Below are positions 33,921 to 47,638 of a stretch of 64,000 nt of DNA, in pieces. The translations under genes were made by a program, and so were the position numbers. Position 1 is the first letter of the stretch, and every line of letters begins with the position of its first letter. The DNA is from Eutreptiella sp. 'Long Island Sound 2002' (lineage: Eukaryota > Protista > Euglenida). A model generated the notes under the pieces. The model did not search any database. It worked only from the letters and a program-made list of their open reading frames with translations, and was not told the DNA's origin. The stretch is taken from positions 71,486,001 to 71,550,000 of the forward strand of contig OZ038379.1 of assembly GCA_964036045.1 (NCBI GenBank), given 5' to 3'.

Positions 33921-34431
33921 TTTTATTATATTTAATTGTGCTATGGTTCGTTCGTTCGTTCGTTCGTTCGTTCGTCGTCGTCGTCGTCGTCGTTCGTCAT
34001 ACCCAAAAAATCCTCCCAATTGTGCACGCTGCTGCTGGCGCGCGCGCGTGCTGACTGTGGAAATTTTGGATTTGCAAATGCGATGCCTGGGAATTTGAGA
34101 TTTGGAAATGTAAAGTTTTGGATTTGCAAATGCGATGTTTGGGAATTTTAGATTTGCAAATGTAATTTTGTTTTTCGAATGTTGATGCGGAGCATTTAGG
34201 GTTTTGCTGTAGGTGGTACTGGTACTGATCCGGCGGCCGGCCCGCTAACGGCTTGCGGTTCCGCTCTCCAGTGCGGTTCCAATTATCGGGCCCTTTCCAA
34301 AGAAGTAGTGACAGCGTTGCGACGTCAGAGGATGATGTATTTTGGTGACATTTTACCGTTTAGGGTGTATTATTTTTGGAATTTATAATTTTTGGATACA
34401 CGATTCTTCGTTTGTCCTGGTTACATGCAGA

Positions 34432-34887
34432 GGTGACAAGTATGTATTCTTGTTGATCGAAGTCGCACTATTGCGTGCAAGATTTGGTGAAACCACAACC
34501 CTGTCGTCTGAAACGCAGATTCATCACTGGTTCGTACGATAGAAGTTGCAAAGTATGGGATACTATGACAGGTATGCTGTTGAGTTGCGCGAGATTGTCT
34601 TCGGGCTTTGTGTTGACGTGGTGAGTTCTACTGCTGCATCTCCTGCTGCCGGTCACTGCTGCAGCACGGATTTAGATGCCTTGACCAACGACATAGTGCG
34701 CTCAGAGGCGTTGATTTCCGAGGCCCGGAAGCCGCAAGTTCCGAAGCTGCTCGAGAAGCTGGTGGCTCGTATGACCTGCGATCGGAAGCAGCTTTTCTAT
34801 CTGTTTAAGATGCTTCGTGCCCACAGCTTGCCTTTGACAAGCTGTGCCTTCAACAAGTCTGGTGATAAGTATGTATTCTTGTCGAAG
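34432..34887 (+). pseudogene. DAW1: Captured DAW1/ODA16 (WDR69) fragment: exon B 34519-34571 lies before exon A 34665-34868
   Basis: Exon A: [62 protein letters not shown]. Exon B: FITGSYDRSCKVWDTMTG. Together they match recalled DAW1 (FYLFKVLRAHILPLTN.AFNKSG..FITGSYDRTCK.WDT) with a compatible phase-2 intron. Confidence 0.85.
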
Positions 34888-37800
34888 ACCTGGGGCGACT
34901 CCGCGGACAACAGCCACCAGGATCTGCACTGTCCCTGATGTATTCTCAAGCTGGTGTTCATTACGGTCGTGCTATGCTGTGTAACACTGGCACGCGGAAG
35001 GTATGCGTTGCCACACGAGCCGTTTGTGGTGTCCTCGCAGCAAGGCCGCCTGGTTGTGCCTTTCTGCAAAAGTAGTAGCAAGCGCTTTGCGTGGTGCACC
35101 ACCTCCGTGTGTCCAGGGGCGATGTAGTCGAAGTCGGATATGTGGACGAACAACAGTGCGACTCCAATGCAAATTTGGTGCTGGGTTGCATCGATACCGC
35201 CTCCAGGTTTTTCCCACTTGATATTAACTGTACCTGATTGTCAGTGAAACGTTTCTCCCTTCTACCTTGCACTTGCCTTGCCCGGCGGTGGACTTATCCA
35301 GTGACACCCCTCTATCGTAGCTTTTCACCGTGTGCGCGTCAGGGTTGGTCATATTCGTCAGTTCTCAAAGGATTTGAGGGGGTTTGTTGGTTGCTGGTTC
35401 ACCAGTTGCTTAATGTTTCAGAAATTCGGGACATAGGCCACCAAGTACAAGTGGTACCCAGTTGCAAAACACGCAAACTATGTTCACGAACAAGAAACCA
35501 ACCTCAGTTTCAACGGCCCAAGCAGGGTATAAGCTACAATACAACGAATGAATAGACATGTATGCCAAACAAGAAATGCGGAGCAGACCATAAGGTCGCA
35601 CGAAGTCGTGAGGATCCTTTGTTTGTGAGCCAGCGGTTGTTTAATTCCTCGAGATTCACGGTCTTTCAAGAAGACACACTCTTTTCACACTGTGCAGTGC
35701 AATTACCTCACTTGCATTCGACTCTTCATGTGTTCCCTTCTGTGATTCCTAAGGAGGTCGACCCCCCCCCAGTTGGAGCGAAACATTGTTGGTGGCAACG
35801 TAGAGATTGTCATTCACGAGCTTGTTAATATTTTTGTTGGTATTGGCAGCTTTCCCAGTGCCAACAGATCACTTTTTTGTACTTTTGGTGGACGCCCGTT
35901 GTTGACCCTTTTTTGCCAATGCCGAAATGGGGTTTTCAAGGCACTGGGGGACTTCACAAGGACAAGCTCGTGACGGCCTCAAAATGTCCCCGTAACCCTC
36001 CGACCTGCGGAGGGGACGGCGAAGCAGAACGCGGTGATCACAAACAAAGTAAGCAAGCCTATTACTTCACACACAGTTTTGGGCCCAATTCTCCCATTCT
36101 TTGGAAATAGAAGAAAAAATTGCCCTGTGATGCAACTCGGCATGGTAATTTGCAGGTGTTCTTTGCATGATCCGTTTTTACAGAGCTCCAACGGACGGCA
36201 TTGCTGCGGTCAAGACCCAAATGTCGCACATCTCGGTCTCGCTATACCTACTCATGTTACCTCTTCCATTCAGGAAGGTCGGTGAATTTTGCAAGAGGAC
36301 AAGGGATTGAGCAGCTTTGCATTCTTTGCCTTTTTTTTCCTCTCGCCAACAGCTGCTTTTATTTCACACAGTTGAACCCGAGGATATCAAATTGGAGAGT
36401 TTGGATGGCCAGTACCACGAGGAAAACCTTTCCAGGTCAATTGTGGCGGTGGAGATCATTACCCTGCTGGACCGCATCAGACCCGAGCAAGGAGGGCTTG
36501 AGGGTCCCAACTGGAGTTACCATGGCATGCTGCTCTGAGGGTCCCAACTGGAGTTACCATGGCATGCTGCTCTGGGTGGATCGTGGAGTACACGCTAAAT
36601 TCCACGCGACATATGTTGGAGGTGCTTCTGATCGCGTGTTCGTGCCCTGGACATCTGCCTGCAGTGATCCGCATTGCTCTGGTGGGGGATGGGGGGGGGT
36701 GGTTCAATGGTGCATTTCAAACAAGTTTGAGTGCCTGAGGTGCAGTAAGGTTGCTTGTCCTCTGCGCGTTCTCATTTGAGCTGCACAGCACACCCTCATA
36801 GATCAATTGGATGGGGTATGCTGGTGTCTTTGGCCCTGTAATTTTGGCACTCGCCAGTTCCCTCCATGTCTTGGCACTGCTTGTTATTTCCTCCCCATTC
36901 AGCCCAGATTGTGTTCTGTATCATCTCAGCAGCACATGATTGCTGAAGTTGAATTCTTTTCTCCTTGACCACCTGCATCGCTCTGGCAAATCGTATACGT
37001 AATTGGTTCAGACTTTTGCTTATGGCGGGTGGCACTGGAGTCAAGGGGGTGGGAACGAGCTGGATTCAGCACCTGTGGGTGCCAGGTTTTGGGTTTCACG
37101 GCTATTCGCAATGGGGAGGGGGAAGGGCTCTGCATGGGTGAGCATCAGGCTCAGACCCCCCCGCCCCTGCTTATATCAGTTGGGGGTTTTGGGTCATCAT
37201 GATTTGCAGACTTCTGTCTGCCGTTTGCTCTCAAACAGAGGTGCTTCGCTGGTTGGGTAACTCATTCCCTGTGCATGTATGCCGACACCATGCAAAAACA
37301 GTTTTGTGGCTATGGGGCGGTGATTGGTGGTCTTGACAAAGCCAAGCAGGCAGCCAGCCTCCAGGATTCGACGGTGCATCCACGCACAGTGTTTGTGAAG
37401 GGCTGTCATTTCCCTGCTTTTCATAGGTTCGCCAGTTACACAGTGGTTGAAGAAAAGCATATTGATTTGCCTCCTGAACCTAAACCTGAGCCCCTTGCTG
37501 AGATGAAGAAGGACGATGAACCCATGGCAGAGGACGGCGAGGAAACCAAAGAGGACGGGCTAGCAGAAGAGGCTGCTGCTGAGGAAGAGGCTGCCCCTGC
37601 CACCGAGGAAGAGGCTGTTGCTGAAGAGGCTGCTGCTGAGGAGGCTCCAGCCGCAGAACCCGACACGGAGATGACGGACGCTGCGGCTGAAAATGGGGAG
37701 GCTGAGGCGTAAAAGGAAGTCTATTTGGTTCTTGCAGTCGTGGCCATTATGGCACATGAACTATGAAATTGGATCTGATTTATCAATGGCCAGGACAGTC

Positions 37801-40800
37801 GTTGTGGGATTCAAATGTGAATGTGTGCTTTGTACGTTTTCATTAAAATCTGCCCAATGCAAATTGCCTGCTGCTCTGTAGTTTAGATCCTGAGCTATGT
37901 GGGCTTTTGCAATCCAGGGTGTGGAGTGCCCGCAGTTGATGGATGTTTGAGCGATGCACAAGTGCAACATGGATTTCATGTACACCATGGGCTGCAGCAC
38001 CCTGAAGGGTAGGTCAGACCTGGGGTTGACCTGGGTGTCTGGAGTTGCCCGCCACCCTGAAGCTGTCCTGATGGCCTGTATGGGTAGATTCCCCACTCTG
38101 TGGGATGGACAGTGGATGGAATGGCCAGCGCTCCTCCAGCCCCGGCTACTCAGGGCTATTTACCTTGATAGGTGCAGAGCAGTAAGTGACGCGCTGAAAT
38201 TCTATGATCCCCTCACACTTGCAATCAAACAAAACCAGAAAAAATAGCATGCAAAAACAGCAAGCCACACACAAACTATGACATGCAAACCCATTGGACT
38301 GGCGCAAAAAACTGAAACTGACTACTTATTTACAACGCCACCTCAGTGAAAGCATCGAAATAGATTAAGATTCACACCACTACTCAAAGGGAGGGGGCCT
38401 ACCAACAAGCAACAATCAACAATTTTGGGGGTGTCAATTTTTTTCTGCAAATAGTTGGTACGGGAGGAAGAGCAAGGTGCACAACCCAAATACGTAAGTA
38501 GTGCATAAGTGGAGTTTTTGAGTTGAAATGTTTTTGTGTGGAAGTGGTTACTTACATGCGTCCCAATGAGGGCTGCTGGCTAGAGAAAATAGCTACCCCC
38601 CAAGAGAAGGACACTGGGTTCTGAGTTGCTTAATTGTGGATGATTTTACAATGGGTGCTATTTAATGCTATTCTCTGCATGGTCCCCACAATAATTGCTG
38701 CTATGTTCCGGCTTGGTGTTAATAGTACATTTTCATGGGCGTTAGAAGTGTGTTTCACGTACGGCATGGCAAACGCAATCATTGGAGCAAAGACTTGGAG
38801 TGTTCAGGCCTGTTCCGCTGTCGAGCAGCACAATTCACATCATTCGTGCAGAAGCGCATTCCGTATCGTGAGTATGTGCCTGATGTTGGAGGACGCTTGG
38901 TCACGAAGTGTTGTGCTTGCTAAGCAGGATAGTTCCGTTGATGTGCTTGGCCGAAGCTGGCTTATGTCGTTACTCCATTGCCTGAGATTGCGTTTGTGAG
39001 GTGAGATACGCTCTTTCCAGTGATATTGCACTGCTGCCAAATTGAGACCTCTTGCACTAGATGTCCGGGCCCTTGGTCCAATCTCAATTCAAGTGCAAGT
39101 TGGTGGTTTGAGATATGGGCTCTGTTAAACACATTCATGTTGCAGCAGAAGTGGGTCTGGATGTCCGGTCCTTTGGTCCAATTTCAATTCAAGTGCAAGT
39201 TGGTCGTTTGAGATATCGGCCCTGTTCAACGCATTCATGCTGCAGCAGAAGGGTGTGTGGCTGCACAATCCTGGCCACCATGGTTTTCATTGAAATGTTT
39301 CTCTTTGTCAGTGAATCTGCCATTCCATCATTTTGGTTAAACGAATGCAATTTCGTGATGTATTCTTATGTTTTGAAGGTTCAGTAGGGACATTCATGCT
39401 CACTGAATTGATGTCGGATTTGATTTTCTGTTGTTGCTGTCCGTGACCATTGCTTTTTTTTTTTGGTGAAGCAGCACAAGGTCAAAGGGTTATAGATCAC
39501 GAAAGTTCCACATCACGAACCATTATAGCCACTGGCATGCGGTCTTTTGAAAACGACACTTGGCTGGGGTAGGTTGAGGAATGCAAAATGGAGGTTGGTG
39601 TAGGACCTTCGGAATACAACAGAGCAATTACGTGGCTACGTACTGCGTACTACGTACTGCGGCCTTGGATGGTCGAGTGTGGCTTCGGCCCAACTCCGAT
39701 TTCCATGGGCGGCCCAGCCTGGAAATTGGTGATCCTTCCGCCAAGGTGGGTTGTCATGTGCCCTTTGACCGGGGCTGCCCTTTGTGGGTAAGAGCCGAAC
39801 CGCTTGGAGGGTTGGGAAATCACGTGGAAGTTACCTCCGCCTTTTCGTGGTAGGGGTGAACACGAGATGGAAACCTCCTGTAAGTCGGGCATGACGCGCA
39901 ACTTCCAATTGCCAGTTTGTAAGGTAAAATGACCAGTTTGCAATCCATTGACCAGTTGTGGGTCCAGTTGTTGTGAAAGTACCGATTTTGTGATGCCTGG
40001 TGTCCCACACTCCTTGTGCTACCCGTTGCCTGCAATATGGGCTAAATCAACAAGGAAAGTGTGTTATTGTACTGAACAACCAATGCAATCTCGATTGGTT
40101 TTGACCGATATCATACCTAGCAATTGTTATTGCATTGTCGGCACGCAACGGTGCTTTGAAGCATTTCGTTTACACCTCCGCGGCGTGTTGAAAACACGGT
40201 CCTGAACAATCGTTTCTAGGTGTGCTGCCTCAATTTGTGCTTTTTCGCAACGGGCTAATCTCTAGGCTATACATGATTCGTCTGAGTGGTTACAACTGTT
40301 CAAATAATTTTCACCGCAAATGAGAACGATAAATAGACCGGCCCATTGGACCTTGGACGGTTGATCACAACTATAGCATCAAACTGCGTGACCGGTTACA
40401 ACCGTTCAAAAAATTTGAAGAAAGTATTTACACGGCAAATGACAAACACAAACGGACACGTCAATAGGTATTTGGATAGTTGATCACAACTACAACATCC
40501 AGCGAATGTCTGCTGGCGATGTACAATTCAATGTGTAGTTGTGGCGGTGGCACATTCCAATGTGCCTTTTAGTGAAGGCTTACTTGGCGAATGACAATTA
40601 AGAAGGCACAGCGACTAGGTGTAAAGGATGAAGTGGTAGGGGCAGGATGCCATGATAGCATTCCGAGGTTTGCCGTATGTATACTCAATCACTGGACATC
40701 ATTCCAATGTGCTATGCATACAAGGCCAGGTACGCCCAAAATACAACCAATCACTAAACACCATTCCAAGAAAAAAAATCCCAGTGCACATCCAATGTGT

Positions 40801-40884
40801 TGTGCATACAAGGCCACACCCAACAGTCTGGTTCTTGCCATTATTGTTTCCATTTCTTCTTTGTCAAGGTTGATTTGTTGCGCC

Positions 40885-43800
40885 ATGTTGCCTGCATTAT
40901 CCAACCATGACGCGGAAAGAGTGCATGCTTTCGTACAACAAAATATGCACTATTATCCCATTTTCAACCGTTGGATGGATGCAACTCAAAAGCGGATTAC
41001 GGGTCGTCTTTTCTTTTGGCAAGCAGAAGACCACTATGCTTGGAGGGATCTTATGTCAGCAATGATGCAATCGGGGATAGTTACGGCCGTGCATGAAGCT
41101 TCCTCGCCGTCAATATCATCCAATCCTCCATCTGTACACACTTCAAACGTTCAACCTGGCCCATTGCCGTCACCGCTTGTGGCAACAAGCTGTACCGCAT
41201 CCACTCCAAATGTACAATTTGAGGGGCCAATCCCAACGCCCGGGTCATTGTCCTTCACCATGCCTCTAAGTTCCAGTGCCGTTGCGTCCCCGGGTGTCCA
41301 TCGCATGGCGGTCAACTACACACCAACACCTTTACTATCCGAAGCTCAGCCATACTTCCCTCCATATCTGCCAATGCCCCCACAAAACGTTCCCAACCAG
41401 CCTTGGTTTGATCCATCTTCCCACCAAAGCTTTGCGAGGATTCCGCCACCTGGCTCAGGCCAATTAGAGTTGAACCCACATATGAACCCCACCTTTGGCC
41501 AGCCGGCTAGCAGTGCATCACGTGCACTCGGATCTGCAAATGTGATCGCACAACCCATTTCTCCGGACACGCATGGCGCAGAAGCACGGAAAAAGCGACA
41601 ACGAGAACCACATTTGGATTTAAATGCAGGGGCAAGCGATGATGGACACGCCGAAAAACGAGCACGATGCACGCAAAGCAAGGAAGAAATCGATAAGCAA
41701 AGACGCGAACGATATCAAGAGGTCAGGGACGAAGTCAATAAGCAAAGACGAGAACGATATAAACAACTGTACGCGCAAAAGAAGGACAGCATCAATGCGC
41801 GAAGACGGGAGCGATATCAAGAGGCAAACAAGGACAACATCAATGAGCAAAGACGGCAGCGATATCAAGAGGCGGACACGGACAACATCAATGAGCACAG
41901 ACGGCAGCGATATCATGAGGCGGACAAGGACAACATCCACGAGGAAAGACGGCAGCGATATCAAGAGGCGGACAAGGACAACATCAATGAGCAAAGACGG
42001 GAGCGATATCCAGAGGCAAAGGACAACATCAATGAGCAAAGACGGGAGCGATATCCAGAAGCAAAGGACAACATCAATGAGCAAAGACGGGAGCGATATC
42101 CAGAGGCGTAGGCGCAGAACAAGGACAACATCAATGAGCAAAGACGGGAGCGATATCCAGAGGCGTACGCGCAGAACAAGGACAACATCAATGAGCAAAG
42201 ACGGGAGCGATATCCAGAGGCGTACGCGCAGAACAAGGACAACATCAATGAGCAAAGACGGGAGCGATATCCAGAGGCGTACGCGCAGAACAAGGATAAC
42301 ATCAATGAGCAAAGACGGGAGCGATATCCAGAGGCGTACGCGCAGAACAAGGATAACATCAATGAGCAAAGACGGGAGCGATATCCAGAGGCGTACGCGC
42401 AGAACAAGGACAACATCAATGAGCAAAGACGGGAGCGATATCCTGAGGTGTACACGCAAAACAAAGACAACATCAATGAGCAAAGGCGAGCGCGGAGGGC
42501 TCATGCATTGGAAATGCAAAGGTTGCGCCACGAATGCTTGTTTAGATCAAAGGCCGATGAGGATATTACCCACATCAAGCGCCACGTCCTTGACAACATG
42601 GAAGTGGAGTGTGAACATTGTCACGCTTTACGTTGGAGTGCCGAGCGACCTACCATTTGTTGCCGTGGCGGACAAGTGAAACTTCCCATTCTGCTTGATC
42701 CACCGGAACCGCTCAAAACCCTATTGACCGAGCAAACTGGACAGGGACGCCATTTTCGGCAAAACATTCGGAAGTACAACTCAGCCTTCACCATGGCCTC
42801 TCTTGAAGCAAATATCGACATGCGGTTCACGAAAGGGCCAATGGCGGGTGGCCCTCACCAGTTTCGGGTGTCTGGAAATGTGTATCACCGCATGGGTCCC
42901 CTGACGCCGGGAGAAAATCAACCACCCCGGTTTGCACAGGTGTACATTTTGGAAACCGAAGATCAACTGAAGGCATGGCAGGGACTTCCACTGTCATCGG
43001 AATTGAGAGAGGATCTACTCCGCCAACTGGGAGCTATGCTGAACACACACAATGCCTATGTACAGGTTTGTCAACACGCGGCTGAACTTGAGGTCCCCAA
43101 CGTGACCATCTTGCTGCGGTGCAATGCCAACGTTGACCCACGCACCTACAATGTTCCCCGTGTCAGCGACATTGCAGCATTCATTCCGGATGGCAGTCAT
43201 GTCGCCGCTCCTCGTAGCATTGCGGTCCGCATGCATGGGGGTGGGGTCAAGCGTATCACCGACCTGAACTCTGCCTACGATCCTTTACACTTTGTACTCC
43301 TTTTTCCGCGCGGTGAGCAAGGCTGGACAACTGACATTCCCCTGAATGTCACTTATCGGCGTCAGCGCGGCGCACGCGAAAATCTAGAGCAAGGCAATGC
43401 CCCAAAGGCCAAAAGCCGTCAGACGATTACAGCCCGAGACTTTGCCGCCTTCTACCTCATGCAACGTCCGGAATCGTACACTGGAAATTATTTGCAAAGA
43501 TGTCAAAAACTGTACGAAGAATACATCGTGGACCAGTACTGCAAAGTGGAATCTCAACGCTTGCAATATGTCTCTCAGAACCAGTCCAAATTGCGCACAC
43601 ATTTGTATTCGGGTGTTGAAGATGTCACCAAAAAAGGTGATCGCGACGCTTCATCCGTTGGAAAGCGTGTAATTTTGCCGAGCTCTTTTGGCGGGAGTCC
43701 GCGCGCTCTTCATGCCGCTTTTCAGGATGGGATTGCTATTTGTAGCAAACGGGGCAAGGCAGACCTGTTCATTACCATGACAGCCAATCCCAATTGGCCG

Positions 43801-46747
43801 GAGGTGGAGGCCGCTCTACTGCCAGGACAAAAACCAAATGATCGTCCCGATTTGATCCCCCCCGTTTTCAAGCTGAAGCTGCAGTCTTTGTTAGAAGACC
43901 TTCTAAAGGATGGCTGTCTCGGTCGCACAGTCGGCCACATGTATGTCATTGAATTTCAAAAACGTGGGCTACCACATGCACATATCCTGGTTATCTTTGC
44001 CGCCGGCTACAAATTGCTCACACCTGACGATTATGATTCCGTCATTTGTGCTGAGATTCCAGACGAGGATGAGGACCCGGAGCTGTACGAGATTATTGCA
44101 AAATGCTACATGCACGGTCCATGCGGTTCCCTCGACGCGAACTGTGCATGCATGAAGGATGGACATTGTAAGAATCGGTACCCGAAGGAATTTCAAGATG
44201 TGACCACGAACAGCGAGAATGGATATCCTCTTTATCGCCGTCGCAACAACGGCCGCACTATAACATGCAGGGGGCATAAACTTGATAATCGTTGGGTGGT
44301 TCCACATGTGCGTGCGTTGGCCAGAAAATATGCTTGCCACATCAACGTGGAGTACTGTGCCTCACTTGCGGCTATCAAATACTTGCACGAGTATATTTAC
44401 AAGGGGTTTGACCGGGGCGATGCCACCCTACGAGACGATCAAGTCAACGAAGTTGTGGAGTTCGTGGAGGGCCGGTACATTCGCACATCTGAGGGAGTGT
44501 GGAGACTATTGGCATTTGACTTACATGAGCAATTTCCCGCGGTATTGCGGCTACCAGTTCACTTAGAAAACCAGCAGCACGTTCGATGGCACGACCAACA
44601 ACATCTTACTGACATCGTTGGAGATGGACCCCCCGACACACCACTAACCGCTTGGTTGAAGTCCAACGCCAAGCCGGATCATGCTTTCGGTAAGCACTTG
44701 CTGTACACCGACTATGCCGAGCGGTTCACGTATGATGCAAAGACCAAAGAATGGAAAATTCGGAAGAGAGGACTAAACACGGTAATTGGTCGCATGTACT
44801 TTGTGCTCCCGAATGCGGGCGAAGTATACTTTCTCCGACTATTGTTACACCATGTTGCTGGTGCAACCTCTTTCCAAGATTTGCGTACCGTTAACGGCAA
44901 CCTATGTGCCACTTTTCAAGAAGCATGCGTACGTCGCGGCCTTCTAGAAGATGACACCGAGTGGGAACAATGTCTGAACGAGGCAAAAATGTACTACAAA
45001 TCCGGCCGACTACGACTTCTTTTTTGCACCATCTTGGAGTACAACTCCCCAAAAGATCCCTACAAGCTGTGGTTAAAGTACGAGGAAGAGTTCATCAGCG
45101 ACATTCGTTGGAATTGGCAACGTACACATCCTGGCACAAAAAACGAGCCAACGCATGCCGAGATTGTGAATGAAGCCCTATTGCGGGTCGAGGGCATGCT
45201 GCAAAAGCAAGGACTTTCTCTTCGCTCGTTTCCTTCTATGCCGTTTCCAGTGCCCAGTGCAATGTCCCATAAGCCTGGCGGTCACGACGAAGGGTATGAT
45301 GTTGCACACTTGCGACGTGTTGTTGAGGATGGTGTGCCAACCTTGACAGAGCAACAACGCAACATCTACGACCAGGTCACTGCGAGTACACATTTGGACA
45401 ACAACGACGCAAAGTGCTTCTTTATTTTGAGTTGCGGTGGTTGCGGAAAGACTTACGTGAACAATTTAATGTTGGCCTATGTACGGAGTCAGGGACGACG
45501 GGCGATTGCGGTTGCCTCAAGTGGCATCGCTTCTCTTCTTTTGGATGATGGTTCAACTGCGCACTCAGCTTTTGGTATTTCGCCGCAAAAGGGCGGAACA
45601 TCATCCATTCCTGTGGAGAGCAAACGTGCCGCGGAACTTCATGAGTGCCAACTCATTGTGTGGGATGAGGCTCCCATGGCAGACAACGATTGCTTCCGTG
45701 TATTGGATGAATTGCTCAAAGATATCATGGGTGCCAATGATGAAGCACTGCGACTTGTTCCCTTCGGGGGCAAGACCGTCGTCATGACGGGGGATTGGAG
45801 GCAAATTTTGCCCGTTGTACCTCGTGGCTCTCGAGCGGCCGTGATAGCAGCTACCCTCAAGAAATCCTACCTCTGGCCCTATTTCAAAACACTCGAATTG
45901 ACGACCAATATTCGGGTGCGAGGCACTTCTCAAGTTGACGATGACGAGACCCGTGAGTTTGCACGCTGGTTGCTATCCGTTGGGGAGGACACCATCGACA
46001 ATCCGTTGCCCATACCAGAAGACATGTTGATCCCAAGCGATGACCCCTGGCCACTGGTAAACCACGTCTTTCCAACCATGAGCAAGGAGGAATTTATGTC
46101 TGGTTGTATCCTGGCACCCCGAAACCAAGAAACCAATGCTATCAACGAAGCGGCGCTGCAGAGCTTGCCAGGAGAGGAGTTTTTATTGTGTTAGTGCGGA
46201 CTATTTTGGTGCCGATTGCCAAGAAGATGCAGCTACCTATCCTCCGGAACTCTTGAACAAGCTCGAGCCTCCGGGCATGGCACGTCACGAGCTCAAGCTT
46301 AAGGTAGGGGCCCCTATCATTCTACTGCGCAATCTCAACCGTACGGAGGGGTTGATGAATGGAACACGCTTGTTGGTAACAAAGTGCCTAGATTTCAACA
46401 TCCAAGCAGAAATTGTCTCAGGTCCCCGAAAAGGAAACGTTGTGCTCATTCCACGCATCAATTTGACGTGTGGTGATTCTGAAATGTTGTCGATCAGATT
46501 TATTAGGCGACAATTTCCAATAAAGTTGGCTTTCGCCTTGACGATTAATCGTTCCCAAGGGCAGTCGTTCGAAAGGTTGGGGTTGCTCTTGGAGAATCCT
46601 GTTTTTGCCCATGGACAGCTATATGTTGGCTTTTCCCGGGTTACCTCACGCCGTGGCGTTCGCGTCATTTTAGGGGAACGTGCTTGGGGGGATGTAACTA
46701 AGGAAGCAAACACTCCGAACATTGTATGGTCTGAAATTTTTCCTTGA
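40885..46747 (+). pseudogene. Disrupted RepHel of U3: in-frame TAG at 42109-42111 and +1 frameshift near 46180-46190
   Basis: ORFs 40591-42111 and 42448-46194 share a frame; the C-terminus continues in 46136-46747. All Rep and helicase motifs are present. Confidence 0.9.
41800..42490 (+). repeat. Expanded coding repeat in U3 RepHel: about 4 x 48 bp, 2 x 45 bp and 7 x 57 bp
   Basis: Units RYQEADKDNINEQRR., RYPEAKDNINEQRRE and RYPEAYAQNKDNINEQRRE counted in the sequence. Confidence 0.92.
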
Positions 46748-47638
46748 TTTCGGCTCGTCCGTTGCCTTGCTGGATGACGTGTGGCTCCACTCGACACCGG
46801 CGTGTGTCTTGTTCACGTTCCATTTACATCTGAAAACAACCGTTTTCTACATATATTTGAAACCAATCCTCACCTTGAGCCTTGCCCTAACCCTAACTAC
46901 AACTTTGGTGCTAAGTCAACCTCTATCCCTAACGGCGCACCCGCTGACAATGTACATTATGCCGTACAAGCCGTGTTAGTTTAGAAACATGTGCTTGGGG
47001 CGACGCCAGCAAGTAGGCAAACGCTTTGAACCTTGTATGATGCGAGATTCAACTTTCATGTAGCTATTGTCCGTTGGCATTCCTGTTGGTGTGTGGGTGA
47101 ACTTGCCTCCAAAGTGAATATTGTCAAGGGTCTATTTGCCTGAAAATATGTTTCGTCCCATTAAATAGCAAAACAATTTTCAAACGCAATTATTTGCCAC
47201 ATTGTGTCTGGTAAACACCTTCATTCCCTTCGGGTAAGGACGTTGGTCATAATTCTTTTCAGGTTCTCCTAAAGAGCAATGGCTTGCTACTATAAGCCCG
47301 TCAATTTTCAAAGCCTCAACAACTTCCAAGTACAATTGAAGCAGGCGGCGTTACGAGGTGCCCTTAAACTGTGTTCCTCATTACTTTTTTTTTTCAAAAT
47401 TCGTTAGCTAGAATGCTACAAACATGAAAACAGCGAATACTTTACTGCAAAAAGGATAATGCCCATTAGAAGTGTTTTGCGTCCACCTAATAGATGTTGC
47501 ACTTTGCAACGTGGTCAAAATCCATTTGCAACACTCCATTCAACGAAAGGTACGGATTCCTCCAAGGGGCCAAATTCATGACTATAGCTGCCCCGTTGTC
47601 GGTACGGCCCGCGCTTCAAGCGCGGGCATTTACACTAG

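Larger units (their letters stand above)
33921..47638 (+). mobile_element. Long Helitron U3 (13,718 bp), diverged copy with different 5' cargo and disrupted RepHel
   Basis: 5' TTTTATTATATTT with long-type subterminal GATTTGCAAAT repeats; hairpin at 47607 and CTAG at 47635-47638. Shares 36744-39970 and 40702-47638 with U1, apart from indels. Confidence 0.93.

Noticed and set aside
34890-36743. Gene names for the remaining U3 cargo and for 6662-7626 and 10061-10661
   Set aside because: Exon-like GT/AG patterns are visible, but no recognisable protein motif; BLASTX is needed.
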